A DNA stretch of 64,000 bases from Nitrospinaceae bacterium (GTDB taxonomy: Bacteria; Nitrospinota; Nitrospinia; Nitrospinales; Nitrospinaceae), in the NCBI GenBank assembly GCA_965237905.1, contig OZ250172.1, positions 1,760,001 to 1,824,000 on the forward strand. The letters run 5' to 3'. A model generated the notes under the pieces. It had not been told where the DNA came from and made no database searches. It worked only from the letters and a program-made list of their open reading frames with translations. Numbering within the stretch: position 1 is the stretch's first letter; each line of letters begins with the position of its first letter. Positions 18,926 through 29,597 of this stretch are shown in pieces. A program made the translations under genes and the position numbers.

Positions 18926-19714
18926 ATGCTTCGTTCATTGTATATCGCATCCACGGGAATGCGCGCTCAAGATCTGAATGTCAGTGTTATCGCCAACAAT
19001 CTGGCAAACGTAAATACAGCGGGATTCAAAAGAAGCCGTGCGGATTTCGAAGATTTGCTGTACCAAAATCTGCGTTTAATGGGAACGTTGTCCAACTCAG
19101 GAAATCGAATTCCAACGGGAATTCAAGTGGGCTTGGGAGTCAAGCCCGCGGCCATTCAAAAAATATTTCTCCAGGGGGATTTTGCTCAAACTCAGAACCC
19201 ACTGGATATAGCAATTGAAGGCAAGGGATTTTTTCAAATTCAGCAACCCAATGGAAACTTTGCCTATACCCGGGCAGGAACATTTAAATTGGATAATTTG
19301 GGTCGCATTGTCACTTCCGAGGGTCAATTATTACAACCGTCAGTAACCATCCCGATTAACGCTATAAACATATCCATCGAACCCTCGGGAGCGGTTTCTG
19401 TTACCCAACCGGGATCAACGCAACCGGCTATTGTGGGTAATCTACAGTTGGTTACTTTTCAAAACCAGGCGGGTCTGCAAGCGATTGGCAATAACCTGTT
19501 CGAGCAAACCGGGTCTTCCGGGCCCCCCATTATCGGACTCCCAAGCCTGCAAGACCGGGGAACACTGAGGCAGGGATTTTTAGAATTGTCCAACGTCAGT
19601 GTGGTTGAAGAGTTGGTCAATTTGATTACCGCGCAACGGGCATACGAAATCAATTCCCGTACGGTTCAGACAGCAGATGAAATGCTGCAAATAACCAGTA
19701 ACCTGAAGCGATAA
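18926..19714 (+). CDS. flgG: Flagellar basal-body rod protein FlgG
   Basis: [42 protein letters not shown]. Confidence 0.96.
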   Translation: MLRSLYIASTGMRAQDLNVSVIANNLANVNTAGFKRSRADFEDLLYQNLRLMGTLSNSGNRIPTGIQVGLGVKPAAIQKIFLQGDFAQTQNPLDIAIEGKGFFQIQQPNGNFAYTRAGTFKLDNLGRIVTSEGQLLQPSVTIPINAINISIEPSGAVSVTQPGSTQPAIVGNLQLVTFQNQAGLQAIGNNLFEQTGSSGPPIIGLPSLQDRGTLRQGFLELSNVSVVEELVNLITAQRAYEINSRTVQTADEMLQITSNLKR

Positions 19715-19717
19715 TTT

Positions 19718-20461
19718 ATGAAAACTAATAAAACATTTAAGCCTGGCTATTTGATCATATCCATCATAATGGCTGTTTTTTTGAATTTAGGTTCAATGGG
19801 GAATCCGATATGGGCCGCGAGTCAAATCTTGAAGGTGGCGACCATCGAAAAATTCGGTATGGATTTTATGCTTGATACTCTCCAATGGGACAAAGATCGA
19901 TTGGAGATAAAGGTCATCTATGATGGGAAACAGATCCTGCTGCCACAGGGGGATGTAACGTTTGACTGTAAATTACCCGGTGGAAAAAGGCAGGTGGGTC
20001 GGGTTCATTTTTTGTGCCTGATAAAATTACCGGGAAGCACCAAAAAAAGGTTGCGCCTCTATGCCGATGTCAAAGTCGCCTATGACGTTTACCGTCCCAT
20101 TCGATCATTGAAAATGGGCCATGTAATTCAACCGGGAGATGTTGAACTCACTCGATTGAAATCGGACCATATTCTGAGAAACATAATTTCCGATGAAGCG
20201 GATATTATGGGTCACCGATTAATAAGAAATCTTGAGGAAGGCGAAACAATCCTGGCGCACATGATTCAAAAGGTGCCTTTGGTTAAAAATGGTGACCGCA
20301 TTCTCATCATTGCCCACAAAGGTTCTTTACGCGTAACGGCGCCGGGGGTGGTCCGGCAAAACGGATTCAAGAACGATACGGTAAGGGTTGAAAATATGCA
20401 AAGTAGGAAAATCATTTTAGGCACGGTTTTAGATTCCCGGACCGTGCAGATTAACTTCTAA
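19718..20461 (+). CDS. flgA: Flagellar P-ring chaperone FlgA
   Basis: Signal peptide, SAF region, C-term VTAPG...G...VRVENMQSRKII; position between flgG and flgH. Confidence 0.85.
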   Translation: MKTNKTFKPGYLIISIIMAVFLNLGSMGNPIWAASQILKVATIEKFGMDFMLDTLQWDKDRLEIKVIYDGKQILLPQGDVTFDCKLPGGKRQVGRVHFLCLIKLPGSTKKRLRLYADVKVAYDVYRPIRSLKMGHVIQPGDVELTRLKSDHILRNIISDEADIMGHRLIRNLEEGETILAHMIQKVPLVKNGDRILIIAHKGSLRVTAPGVVRQNGFKNDTVRVENMQSRKIILGTVLDSRTVQINF

Positions 20462-20477
20462 TCGGTATAAATCATTC

Positions 20478-21190
20478 ATGAAATTTTTTTTCCAGTTTTG
20501 GGCTATGCATTCCTCGCTGTTTCACTTGTGTCATGCATGGGTTGCGCGAATTTAGGAAACCCATCTGAGGAAGTACTGACTCAACCTATATTTGAAGATA
20601 CGGAGAAATATGTCCCTTTGGATGGATCTTTGTGGCCGGGCGAGACTTCGGAGAATCTTTTGTTTGCCGATACCAAGGCTAAACAGATAGGAGATATCGT
20701 GACGGTCCAACTGGAAGAAAATTTTGAATCGACCCATTCCGCCACTACAGGAGTTAGCAAAGACTCCGAAATTGATTTGGGGGTTAGTACCGTTCTGGGG
20801 CTACCTAACGATTATGGAATGACCAATTTCCTGGGACTCAACAATTCCTTTGATCCCAACGTGCAAGCTCAAAGCTCAAGATCGACCAATGGCGCGGGAA
20901 CGACGACCCGTGGAGGGAGTATGACCGGTACCTTGGCGGCGGTGATCAAGGAGGAGTTGCCCAATGGAGTTTTTCGCATAGAAGGTCGGCGCACAGTAAC
21001 CGTGAATAATGAAGATCAAATGATGGTCTTGACCGGTTTAATTCGACGGGTGGACATTGGATTCGCCAATATTATTTCCTCCCAGCAAATTGCCGACGCA
21101 AATATAGTTTATACCGGCAAGGGAGTGATCTCTGACGAGCAGAATGTGGGTTGGCTAATGCGGTTTTTTGCCTGGGTATGGCCATTTTAA
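20478..21190 (+). CDS. flgH: Flagellar L-ring protein FlgH; ATG 20478 is out of frame by 1 nt at a T8 tract (in-frame TTG at 20498)
   Basis: GSLW, IGDIVTV, LPNG, TGLIRRVDI, IADANI; lipobox Cys. Confidence 0.9.
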
Positions 21191-21226
21191 ATATTTTGTT
21201 CTATTTGGTATTTTGGAGATAACGGA

Positions 21227-22345
21227 ATGCGCAAAGGTTTTTTTATCCTATTGATCACTATTTTTATATTCGCTACGATTTGGACGGCATCGTCCGAAGC
21301 GGCGCGAATTAAAGACTTGGTCAATGTTAATGGAGTACGGGCCAACAAACTGATCGGATTTGGTTTGGTCATTGGTTTAGCCAACACGGGTGACCAGGCC
21401 ACTAATGTCTTTTTCTCTATTCAAACCATGGTCAACATGCTCCAGAAATTGGGAGTCACCATTCCTCAGGACCGGATAAATCAGCTGCAATTCAGAAACG
21501 CGGCGACCGTAATGGTGACGACGGAATTGCCAGCGTTTGCGCGCCAGGGGGACCGAATTGATGTTGTGGTCTCTTCATTAGGCGATTCCCGTAGTCTTCA
21601 GGGGGGCACCTTGTTAATGACCCCGGTGAAAGGCGCGGATTCCATTACCTATGCGGTAGCGCAAGGGCCGGTTTCCATTGGAGGATTTTCGGTTCAAGGC
21701 TTGTCGCAGGGTGTACAGAAAAATCATCCCACTGTGGGCAGGATTACCGGCGGAGGCATCGTTGAAAAAGAGCTCTCTGACTTTTTCAACAGCAAGAAGG
21801 AAATCTCTCTTTCCTTAAAAAATACCGATTTTACCACTGGGTCAAGAATTGCCAAGGCCATCAATTTTAAAATGAAAGATGTTTTTGCCGAACCGATCGA
21901 CGGCAGGACCATCCGCGTCAAGGTTCCTAAATTTTATATTAACAACGTCTCCGGGTTTGTCACCAAAATCGAGACTCTGGAAGTGGAACCGGATACCGTT
22001 GCCAAGGTCATCATCGATGAAAGAACTGGAACGGTGGTGATGGGTGAGAAGGTTCGCATTTCAACTGTGGCGGTGGCGCATGGCAATCTGTTTGTACAGA
22101 TAACGGAATCGCCGGAAGTATCGCAACCCGCACCTTTATCAACCGGACAAACGGTGGTTGTTCCACGAACCGAAATAACTGTCGAGGAAGAGGAAGAGCA
22201 TCTTTTAATTGTTCCCAAAGGCGTTGGTATCGGTGAAGTGGTGAATGCCTTGAATGCCATCGGTGTGACGCCCAGGGATTTAATTGCCATTCTACAGGCC
22301 ATCAAAGCGTCCGGTTCCCTGCACGCGGAGCTGGAGATTATATAG
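21227..22345 (+). CDS. flgI: Flagellar P-ring protein FlgI
   Basis: ARIKDL, GFGLVIGL, SLQGGTLLMTP, ERTGTVVMG, LIAILQAIK. Confidence 0.97.
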   Translation: MRKGFFILLITIFIFATIWTASSEAARIKDLVNVNGVRANKLIGFGLVIGLANTGDQATNVFFSIQTMVNMLQKLGVTIPQDRINQLQFRNAATVMVTTELPAFARQGDRIDVVVSSLGDSRSLQGGTLLMTPVKGADSITYAVAQGPVSIGGFSVQGLSQGVQKNHPTVGRITGGGIVEKELSDFFNSKKEISLSLKNTDFTTGSRIAKAINFKMKDVFAEPIDGRTIRVKVPKFYINNVSGFVTKIETLEVEPDTVAKVIIDERTGTVVMGEKVRISTVAVAHGNLFVQITESPEVSQPAPLSTGQTVVVPRTEITVEEEEEHLLIVPKGVGIGEVVNALNAIGVTPRDLIAILQAIKASGSLHAELEII

Positions 22346-22514
22346 CCCAGGCATTCCCCCCCCTCATCAAATTGCCGGGAGGAAAGTACCTACCCTCTGC
22401 TAGGCAAAAATTTCCTTTTTCCCCTCCCAGAACTCCCATGATGGTTTTCTCGTAGTGAAGACCCCCTAAAGTTCAATAAAACAAAGGGTTTCAGGCCTTG
22501 CATTCCTTCTCTAT

Positions 22515-22531
22515 TTGGCACCACCCTTGCA
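22515..22531 (+). promoter_or_regulatory. Sigma54 promoter for flgJNKL
   Basis: TTGGCACCACCCTTGCA matches TGGCAC-N5-TTGCA. Confidence 0.85.
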
Positions 22532-22585
22532 AAACTAAATATAATTCGCATGGATAGTTTCATAACTCAGGAGTGAATCAATTCA

Positions 22586-23056
22586 ATGGAACCGATTTCC
22601 ACATTTAATTCTGGCGCTTCTCTGGCCCTACAAAGCAAGTCTTTCCAGGTGAAGGAACTGGCCGACAAAGCCAGGCAATTGGTAGGGGCACAGCATCGTC
22701 TTGAGGGCCATAAATCGAATGAGACACATTCATTAAATAGGGGGCAGGAGGCTTCAACCACTCCCAGTAATGAAAATAAAGAGTTGATGGAAGTGGCTAA
22801 GAAATTTGAAGCCATACTGGTTCATCAAATGCTGAAAGCCATGCGGAAAACCGTCAATAAATCGGATTTATTGAATAGTTTCTCCCTGGAACAATATGAA
22901 TCCATGATGGATGAAGAAATTGCCAATGAAATGGTAAAACATAAAGGGATCGGTCTTGCAGATAGTTTGTTTTACCAATTGAGCCGGTTGGAGGAGGCCT
23001 CCAACCAGAAAGCCACAATTTCCAATAAACTCCTGGGGGTCGACCAACATGAGTGA
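22586..23056 (+). CDS. flgJ: Rod-binding protein FlgJ (no muramidase domain)
   Basis: AKKFEAILVHQMLKAMRKT, MMDEEIA, GIGLAD. Confidence 0.85.
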   Translation: MEPISTFNSGASLALQSKSFQVKELADKARQLVGAQHRLEGHKSNETHSLNRGQEASTTPSNENKELMEVAKKFEAILVHQMLKAMRKTVNKSDLLNSFSLEQYESMMDEEIANEMVKHKGIGLADSLFYQLSRLEEASNQKATISNKLLGVDQHE

Positions 23057-23549
23057 TCTATACCATACATTGGACAAAGTCTTGGTTCAAAAAATTGGAA
23101 TATACAATGAACTGATAGGAGTGATGAAAGAAGAATGGACCAGCATTTCCGAATACTCCCGGGAAAAGCTGGAGAATGCTCTGGAACGAAAATCATCACT
23201 GCTGGCTAAAGTCCACGAGGTGAACCATAAGAGAGAAGAGATTGTTCAAGCCTTTGCCCAAAAGCTGGGGCGCGTGCAATCGGAAGTGACCCTCAAAACT
23301 ATTATCGGATTGAAAGACAACCCATGGGGGAATCGTATGGCCGCGTGTCGGAAAAAAATCCGTGAGCAAATTAATACAATCAATGAAATGAACTCGGAAA
23401 ATAAACAATTGATCAATCGGTCATCTCTGACGATGAAAAAGTCCATGTCATGGTTATACGAGGTGGATATGGCATACACGCCCTATTATTCCAACGGGCA
23501 GTTAAGTGAACCGACTATGGAAAGCCGAGTAGTGAATACGGATGTTTAG
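23049..23549 (+). CDS. flgN: Flagellar export chaperone FlgN
   Basis: Helical protein with NxxNKQLI and YxxNG, directly upstream of flgK. Confidence 0.75.
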   Translation: MSDLYHTLDKVLVQKIGIYNELIGVMKEEWTSISEYSREKLENALERKSSLLAKVHEVNHKREEIVQAFAQKLGRVQSEVTLKTIIGLKDNPWGNRMAACRKKIREQINTINEMNSENKQLINRSSLTMKKSMSWLYEVDMAYTPYYSNGQLSEPTMESRVVNTDV

Positions 23550-23581
23550 AATTAAAAGCCTTTAATTGGATGGTGTGAGTT

Positions 23582-25258
23582 ATGACAGCAAATATTTTCA
23601 GTGCATTGAATACGGCAAAGTTAGGGCTGCAGACCAACCAGACGGCGATTGAAGTTACGGGTCACAACATCGCGAATGTACAGACCGAGGGTTTTTCCCG
23701 ACAGGAAGTGACGTTGGAAGTCAACCGGCCGCGTCGGGTTGGCTTAGCCTTCTTAGGTACGGGGGTTAGAGCGACCAATGTAACCCGCGATTTTGACCAG
23801 TTTTTATTCAATCAGATTTTAGGCGAAAGCAGTACACTGGGAAACTTTGATATCCGCAACACATTTTTCCAAAGGCTGGAAACGATTATGAACGAAAGTT
23901 CAGGGACAAGCCTGAACAACGCGATGAGTGAATTTTTCACCGCTTTTGATGATCTTGCATCCAATCCGACCAATCTGGCCGCACGCACTGCAGTACTTTC
24001 TGCGGCGGGAACACTGGCGACGGTGTTCAACCAGTTGGGCTCATCACTACTCCAACAGCGCATCAACCTGGATAATGCGGTTACCGCAGAGGTGACTGAA
24101 ATCAATGGCATGCTCGATGAGATTGCCGAGTTTAACCGGTCCATTATAAAACTTGAGAATGGCAATACGCCCGCTAATGATTTGCGGGACCAACGTGACC
24201 TTTTGATCAAGCAGTTATCTGAAAAAATGGATGTCCAGCTCATCGATACCAATGACAATAACACCACCTTGACGCTTTCCGGCGGTACTCCTCTGGTGGT
24301 GGGAACCACGGTATTCAAGCTCAGCGCCACAGCCAATCTGGATAACCGAGGTTTCAAGGATATCTTTGTGGACGATGGTATGGGTGGAACAACCAATGTG
24401 ACCGCAGAGATCCAAGGCGGTGAAATGCGTGGTTTGCTGGATATGAGAGACGTCGAAACACTGGGCCTTATTGATCAGTTGGATCGCCTTGCGGCGGGAT
24501 TGATGGAACAAGTCAACGGCGTTCATTTGCAGGGTTTGGGCCTTGACGGCAGTTCGGGGAATCTATTCTTTGAAACATTAACTCCCACGGTTAACATCGG
24601 AAGTCAAAATTTGGGTACTGCAGTGGTCACAGCCACCAATGCCAGTCCATCGACTGTCACTGTAGACAAGTTTCAGATTCAGTTTACGGGTGCAGGCACT
24701 TTTGATCTATTTAATTTGACTACGAACCAGGTGACGGGTTCTTTTGGATTTGTTGCAGGCATACCCTTGAACATCGCCAATGGTTTGGCAGTAACGATCA
24801 CAGGTGCTCCCGTTGCTGGAGATACTGCTGATATTTCAATTTCAGAAGATGCGGCGCTGAATATGGCTCTTTCCAGCACAGTTTTGAATAATACTGATAA
24901 AATTGCCGCCGGATTGTCCGGCACCGGAGACGGTCAGAACGCACTTAATATTTCGAATCTTCAGAACAGTCTGGTATTCAGCTCGGGGGCCTTTACCCCC
25001 GGAGCGGGAACCTCGACCTTTGATGATTTTTATAATTCCATAGTCAGCGGTTTGGGAGCCGGGTCCCGATCGTCGCAAACGATCCTGAGACAGCAGGAAG
25101 GGGTTATGCTCCAATTGAATACCCAACGCGAGAGTATTTCAGGCGTTTCTTTGGATGAGGAAATGGTTAATCTCATTAAATTTCAGCAGGCATATGCGGC
25201 TTCGGCCCGAATGATAACCGTTATTGAGGAAATGTTTGACGTCTTACAAAGAATTTAA
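23582..25258 (+). CDS. flgK: Flagellar hook-associated protein FlgK
   Basis: GHNIANVQTEGFSRQ, NDLRDQRD, SGVSLDEEMVNLIKFQQAY. Confidence 0.96.
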   Translation: MTANIFSALNTAKLGLQTNQTAIEVTGHNIANVQTEGFSRQEVTLEVNRPRRVGLAFLGTGVRATNVTRDFDQFLFNQILGESSTLGNFDIRNTFFQRLETIMNESSGTSLNNAMSEFFTAFDDLASNPTNLAARTAVLSAAGTLATVFNQLGSSLLQQRINLDNAVTAEVTEINGMLDEIAEFNRSIIKLENGNTPANDLRDQRDLLIKQLSEKMDVQLIDTNDNNTTLTLSGGTPLVVGTTVFKLSATANLDNRGFKDIFVDDGMGGTTNVTAEIQGGEMRGLLDMRDVETLGLIDQLDRLAAGLMEQVNGVHLQGLGLDGSSGNLFFETLTPTVNIGSQNLGTAVVTATNASPSTVTVDKFQIQFTGAGTFDLFNLTTNQVTGSFGFVAGIPLNIANGLAVTITGAPVAGDTADISISEDAALNMALSSTVLNNTDKIAAGLSGTGDGQNALNISNLQNSLVFSSGAFTPGAGTSTFDDFYNSIVSGLGAGSRSSQTILRQQEGVMLQLNTQRESISGVSLDEEMVNLIKFQQAYAASARMITVIEEMFDVLQRI

Positions 25259-25290
25259 GTTCATTTTGAAGTTTAAATAAAGAGCAGGAG

Positions 25291-26814
25291 ATGGTTATGG
25301 TAATGCGAATCACCAATCAGATTCAACAGAGCAACTCGCTCCAGAATATATTCCGGATTACAGAGGATTTATTTGCGGCCAACCAGCGTATAGCTACGGG
25401 AAAAAGAATCAACAAACCCTCCGATGATCCTTTAGGAATACAGGACACGCTGACACTCCGTAGTTCGATCGCGCAGATTCAGCAATTCAGCAGGAACATA
25501 GACAATAACCGACTGTTCCTGAATACCGCCGATACGGCGCTGGATTCGGTAGGTCTGGGGATTACCCGCGCCCTCGAGTTGGCTCAGGGAAGCCTGGGGG
25601 CCACCAGCGATGCGCAAACGCGCTCCCTGGTTGCATTGGAAATACAATCCATCCTCGACCAAGCGATCCAGGAGGCGAACACGCAGGTGAAAGGGCATTT
25701 TATTTTTGGCGGAACGGATTTGTTGAATGCCCCCTACCAAGCCAACGGAATTGGGCTGGGAGCTACTTATTCTGGAAACTCCGATACTCTGGAAGTAGAG
25801 GTTGGGTCAACCCTGACCATCCCAATTACCCGCCCAGGTTCTGAAGTCTTCGGGACCGATATGAATCCGGCGGTAAACGGCAACACTCTGCTATCGGATT
25901 TGAATGGCGGTGCCGGGGTGGCTCTGGGAAGCTTCGATGTTACTAATCGCGGTGGTATTACTACGCCTATCACTGTGGTTGCGGGAATGACGGTCAACGC
26001 TCTCATTGCGGCCATCAATGTTGCGCCTAATGTCACGGCATCCTTGAATGCGAGTCAAACGGGTCTACAGCTCACAGATAGCAGTGGAACCATTTTGCAA
26101 TCTCTCACCGTTACCGAAGCCGGCAGTACCACGGCGGCAGATCTGGGTATTCTGAAGGTCAACGATGGAGATATCGTCGGTTCGGATTTGAATCCCATTC
26201 TAACGACCGCTACTTTAATTACCGATTTAAACGGGGGTAGTGGATTGACGCTGGGGCAAATTGATATTGTCAACGGTGCACTTTCAGACACGGTTGATTT
26301 GAGCGGCGCGACAACTGTAGGCGATGTTTTGGCGGCGATCACTGGTTCCCTCGCGAATGTCACAGCCAATATCAATAGTCAGGGCAATGCCCTGCAAGTC
26401 GTTTCCAATGATCTGACGACCACCGCCGTCATTAACGAAGTAGCGGGAGGCGATACAGCTTTCCTCCTGGGAATAGGCGGCGGCAATGTATTTACCGCTC
26501 TGGATGCATTGAGGGAGGCTTTAGAGAGGAATGATACCAACGGGATTTCGGCTTCCTTCGCAAACCTGAACGAGGCGCTGGACACGGTATTGCAAGCTCG
26601 GGCGGAATATGGCGCCCTGGTCCGGACCATGGACACTCTGGAAATCGGACACAGTGCGGATGAAGTGAGCGAAACCGCCCAATTATCAGAAGTGGAGGAC
26701 TCGGATTTTGTCAAGGACGCGTCCGATGTTGCGGCCTTGCAGTTGGCTCTGGAGGCTACCCTGAACACCACCGCGCGGGTTCTTCAGCCAAGCTTATTGG
26801 ATTTCCTGCGATAA
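25291..26814 (+). CDS. flgL: Flagellar hook-associated protein FlgL with duplicated internal domain
   Basis: MRITNQ, ATGKRINKPSDDP, C-term QPSLLDFLR. Confidence 0.93.
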   Translation: MVMVMRITNQIQQSNSLQNIFRITEDLFAANQRIATGKRINKPSDDPLGIQDTLTLRSSIAQIQQFSRNIDNNRLFLNTADTALDSVGLGITRALELAQGSLGATSDAQTRSLVALEIQSILDQAIQEANTQVKGHFIFGGTDLLNAPYQANGIGLGATYSGNSDTLEVEVGSTLTIPITRPGSEVFGTDMNPAVNGNTLLSDLNGGAGVALGSFDVTNRGGITTPITVVAGMTVNALIAAINVAPNVTASLNASQTGLQLTDSSGTILQSLTVTEAGSTTAADLGILKVNDGDIVGSDLNPILTTATLITDLNGGSGLTLGQIDIVNGALSDTVDLSGATTVGDVLAAITGSLANVTANINSQGNALQVVSNDLTTTAVINEVAGGDTAFLLGIGGGNVFTALDALREALERNDTNGISASFANLNEALDTVLQARAEYGALVRTMDTLEIGHSADEVSETAQLSEVEDSDFVKDASDVAALQLALEATLNTTARVLQPSLLDFLR

Positions 26815-26821
26815 CTTGTGC

Positions 26822-28132
26822 TTATCCAGAACTGTGTTGAGCTCTATTCATCATGGATTTTTGATCGCCTTCGCGCCGGGTGGCACAGGGAAGATCAATG
26901 ATGAAAGCAGCTCCTTCTCCATGTTTGCTTTCCACTTCAATGGTACCGGAATGTTTTTCAACGATGGTGTAGCACACGGAAAGCCCCAATCCCGTTCCCT
27001 GATCCTCCGGCTTGGTGGTAAAAAAGGGATCGAATAGTTTTACCATATCCTCTTCCTTGATACCGGTTCCGGTATCGGCGAATTTAATTCGAATAAAATT
27101 TTCCTGAATAACAGGTATCGCATCCGGGGGCGTATTGAGGTCCGTTTTCCGCCGATTTTGCTTTTGTTTCTTGACATAGGTTTCTGTGGTCACTGTCAAG
27201 TTGCCGCCTCTTTCCATCGCGTGGCGTGCATTGTTCGTGAGGTTCAAAAATACTTGACGCATGCGGTTGGCATCAATTTTGATCGTCGGCAGATTGGAAC
27301 TGAAATTACGCACCACTCGAACATTGTCGATCTCCATATTCTTTTCCATAATAGAAAGAACAGACTCCAACTCTTCATTGATGTCAACATAAGTCAACTC
27401 CATATCCTCTTTCCGGGAGAACTTCAGAAGGCCGCCGACAATTTTTTCGATTCTTCCGATTTCCTCCATGATCGATTCCAAATCACTGTTCAGGCCTTCA
27501 TCTTGTTCTCGCTCCAACAGCAAAGCCTGAACATGGCCTGAAATGATATTTAGAGGGTTGAGAAGCTCATGGCACACCCCTGCCGCCAAACGGCCAATAC
27601 TGGCCAGCTTTTCAGATCTCAAAATCTGGTCCTGAGCGGTTTGAAGTTTCTTCATAGAAACTTGCAAGTCACTATTGGCCCGGGTCAATTCCTCGTTGTA
27701 TTTTTTCAGTTGTTCTTCCGCCTGTTGGCGGCGCTCTTCTTCTTTTCTCAGCTGAATAGCGAATCGAATGGATTGGAAGAGGGATTCGGATGTCAGGCTT
27801 CCTTTGGTGCGGTAGTCTGTAGCGCCGCTTTTCATGGCTTCCACGGCAATTTCCTGATCTCCCTGACTGGTCAGGAAAATAATAGGAGTCGTGATATCTT
27901 TTTGACGGACCATTCGAAGCAGGTCGATACCATCCATTTCGCCTAAACGGAAGTCAAAAAGGCAAACATCAAAATAAGTGTGATTAAGAAAATCCAGAGC
28001 GGATTGGGGATTAAGCGCGTGCTTAATGATCGGACGGGGATCGAGCTCTCTTTCGGAAATCAAATCTTTGATAAAGAAAGCATCATCCTCATCATCTTCA
28101 ACTAGAAGAATTTTAATGCCCTCTTTATTCAT
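26822..28132 (-). CDS. Hybrid REC-histidine kinase (NtrB-like HisKA, HATPase)
   Basis: ILLVEDD REC, SEKLASIGRLAAGVCHELLNPL, DTGTG, FFTTK, GTGLGL. Confidence 0.93.
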   Translation of the reverse strand: MNKEGIKILLVEDDEDDAFFIKDLISERELDPRPIIKHALNPQSALDFLNHTYFDVCLFDFRLGEMDGIDLLRMVRQKDITTPIIFLTSQGDQEIAVEAMKSGATDYRTKGSLTSESLFQSIRFAIQLRKEEERRQQAEEQLKKYNEELTRANSDLQVSMKKLQTAQDQILRSEKLASIGRLAAGVCHELLNPLNIISGHVQALLLEREQDEGLNSDLESIMEEIGRIEKIVGGLLKFSRKEDMELTYVDINEELESVLSIMEKNMEIDNVRVVRNFSSNLPTIKIDANRMRQVFLNLTNNARHAMERGGNLTVTTETYVKKQKQNRRKTDLNTPPDAIPVIQENFIRIKFADTGTGIKEEDMVKLFDPFFTTKPEDQGTGLGLSVCYTIVEKHSGTIEVESKHGEGAAFIIDLPCATRREGDQKSMMNRAQHSSG

Positions 28133-28149
28133 AGACGTGGGACAAAAAT

Positions 28150-28599
28150 TTAATCTGGCAGTTTAACGATTTGGAACCAATAGTGAGATAATACTTTTAT
28201 GACTTCTACAAACTCATTAAACCGAACCGGCTTTTGAATAGAGGAATTAACTCCCAGATCATAAGCATGGTTGATGTCCGTTTCTGCCTTGGATGTGGTC
28301 AGAACAACAACGGGTATTTTGCGAAGCGTAATATTTTTTTTGATTTCATCCAACACTTCGCGCCCATCTTTCCGGGGCATATTCAAGTCCAGTAGAATCA
28401 AACTGGGAAAATCGGGAGAGGAGTTCTTTATCGTGGTTCCGACGGGCTCAAGATAATTCATGAGCTCTTCACCATCCTTCACCCACTTGATTTGCGTGTC
28501 GACTCCGGCTTCTTTTAACGCCTCCATAGTCAACAGATAATCGTCCTCGTCATCCTCAGCAATCAAAATAGGGTGCAATCCATTTAGTGTAGTCGTCAT
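28150..28599 (-). CDS. Rcp1-like single-domain response regulator
   Basis: ILIAEDDEDD, LILLDLNMPRKDGREVL, IPVVVLTTS, KPV. Confidence 0.92.
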   Translation of the reverse strand: MTTTLNGLHPILIAEDDEDDYLLTMEALKEAGVDTQIKWVKDGEELMNYLEPVGTTIKNSSPDFPSLILLDLNMPRKDGREVLDEIKKNITLRKIPVVVLTTSKAETDINHAYDLGVNSSIQKPVRFNEFVEVIKVLSHYWFQIVKLPD

Positions 28600-29002
28600 A
28601 CGCGCATCCAAAAAAAAAGAAGTCTTGGAACAACTGGATCTATTAAAGGGGTGTCTATTACATTCTAATGCTCATTTTTAAAATGAAAACCCTTATTTTC
28701 CAAAAATTTACGTTTATACCGGAGGCGTAGTCACTCTCAAACGGGGTGTTAGACAGATTTTAGGACAACTCAATATTTTGCTTCAAAAGAATTGAATTAG
28801 CGCCATTTACAGAGGATAAAAATGAGAGGCTACTCATTACCTAAAACAAGGGTAAAGCACTTAAAAAATAGTGATTTAAAGATAGTTTAGGGCCTTATCG
28901 ACGAGTGAATACGATGAATTCCTTCGAAACGATGTCTCAGGCTGCCCCAGAGAACCCCTGCAGTCCATATTATCCTTTTAAATCGATAGTTTAAGTTTCC
29001 TG

Positions 29003-29452
29003 CTAATCAACGGAACGGACCTTTTTCTTGAGAACTTTGTCCCTGGCAAAATCAACCGAGCAGACATGGCGGGAATAGCCGAATTCTTGAATCATGGCAT
29101 TGAACTGGCCGTAATCCCAGGTTTTAGGGTCCTTCAATTTTTTCAACTTTTCAGTTTTCTTTTCAAGGTCACGGGGTCGGATGATGCCGATGATCTCACC
29201 CTTGGGAGGTGCGTTGTTCAATTTTTCCAACCAGTACTTGTCGAAATCCACCTTCCCTGCGCGGGCGACAACCTTCATAATCGATTCCCCAACTTTAACC
29301 TGGGCGCAGAATTTTTTGACTTGAAGCTCTGCATCGGAATTCCCACAGGAAGAGATCAATGATGCGCACAATACAACTATACTAATTGTTAGGGTTTTTC
29401 TTATGTTGAATTGAAAACGGCTGAGCGATTTGAAAATAGTGTTTGGATTCAT
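29003..29452 (-). CDS. Hypothetical lipoprotein
   Basis: Hydrophobic stretch ending LISSC; start uncertain. Confidence 0.55.
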   Translation of the reverse strand: MNPNTIFKSLSRFQFNIRKTLTISIVVLCASLISSCGNSDAELQVKKFCAQVKVGESIMKVVARAGKVDFDKYWLEKLNNAPPKGEIIGIIRPRDLEKKTEKLKKLKDPKTWDYGQFNAMIQEFGYSRHVCSVDFARDKVLKKKVRSVD

Positions 29453-29597
29453 GGGTTTGCGTATTTGTAAAAACGGGCCGCGAAGCGGGCGGGTGATTGA
29501 TAACCCTAGTAAGGGCAAAATTTTCAGCACTATAATACAACAAGAGAAACCCGGTTGTGAAGAGGTAGAGTTAAAAAATTTACTATGGGCAGATGAC

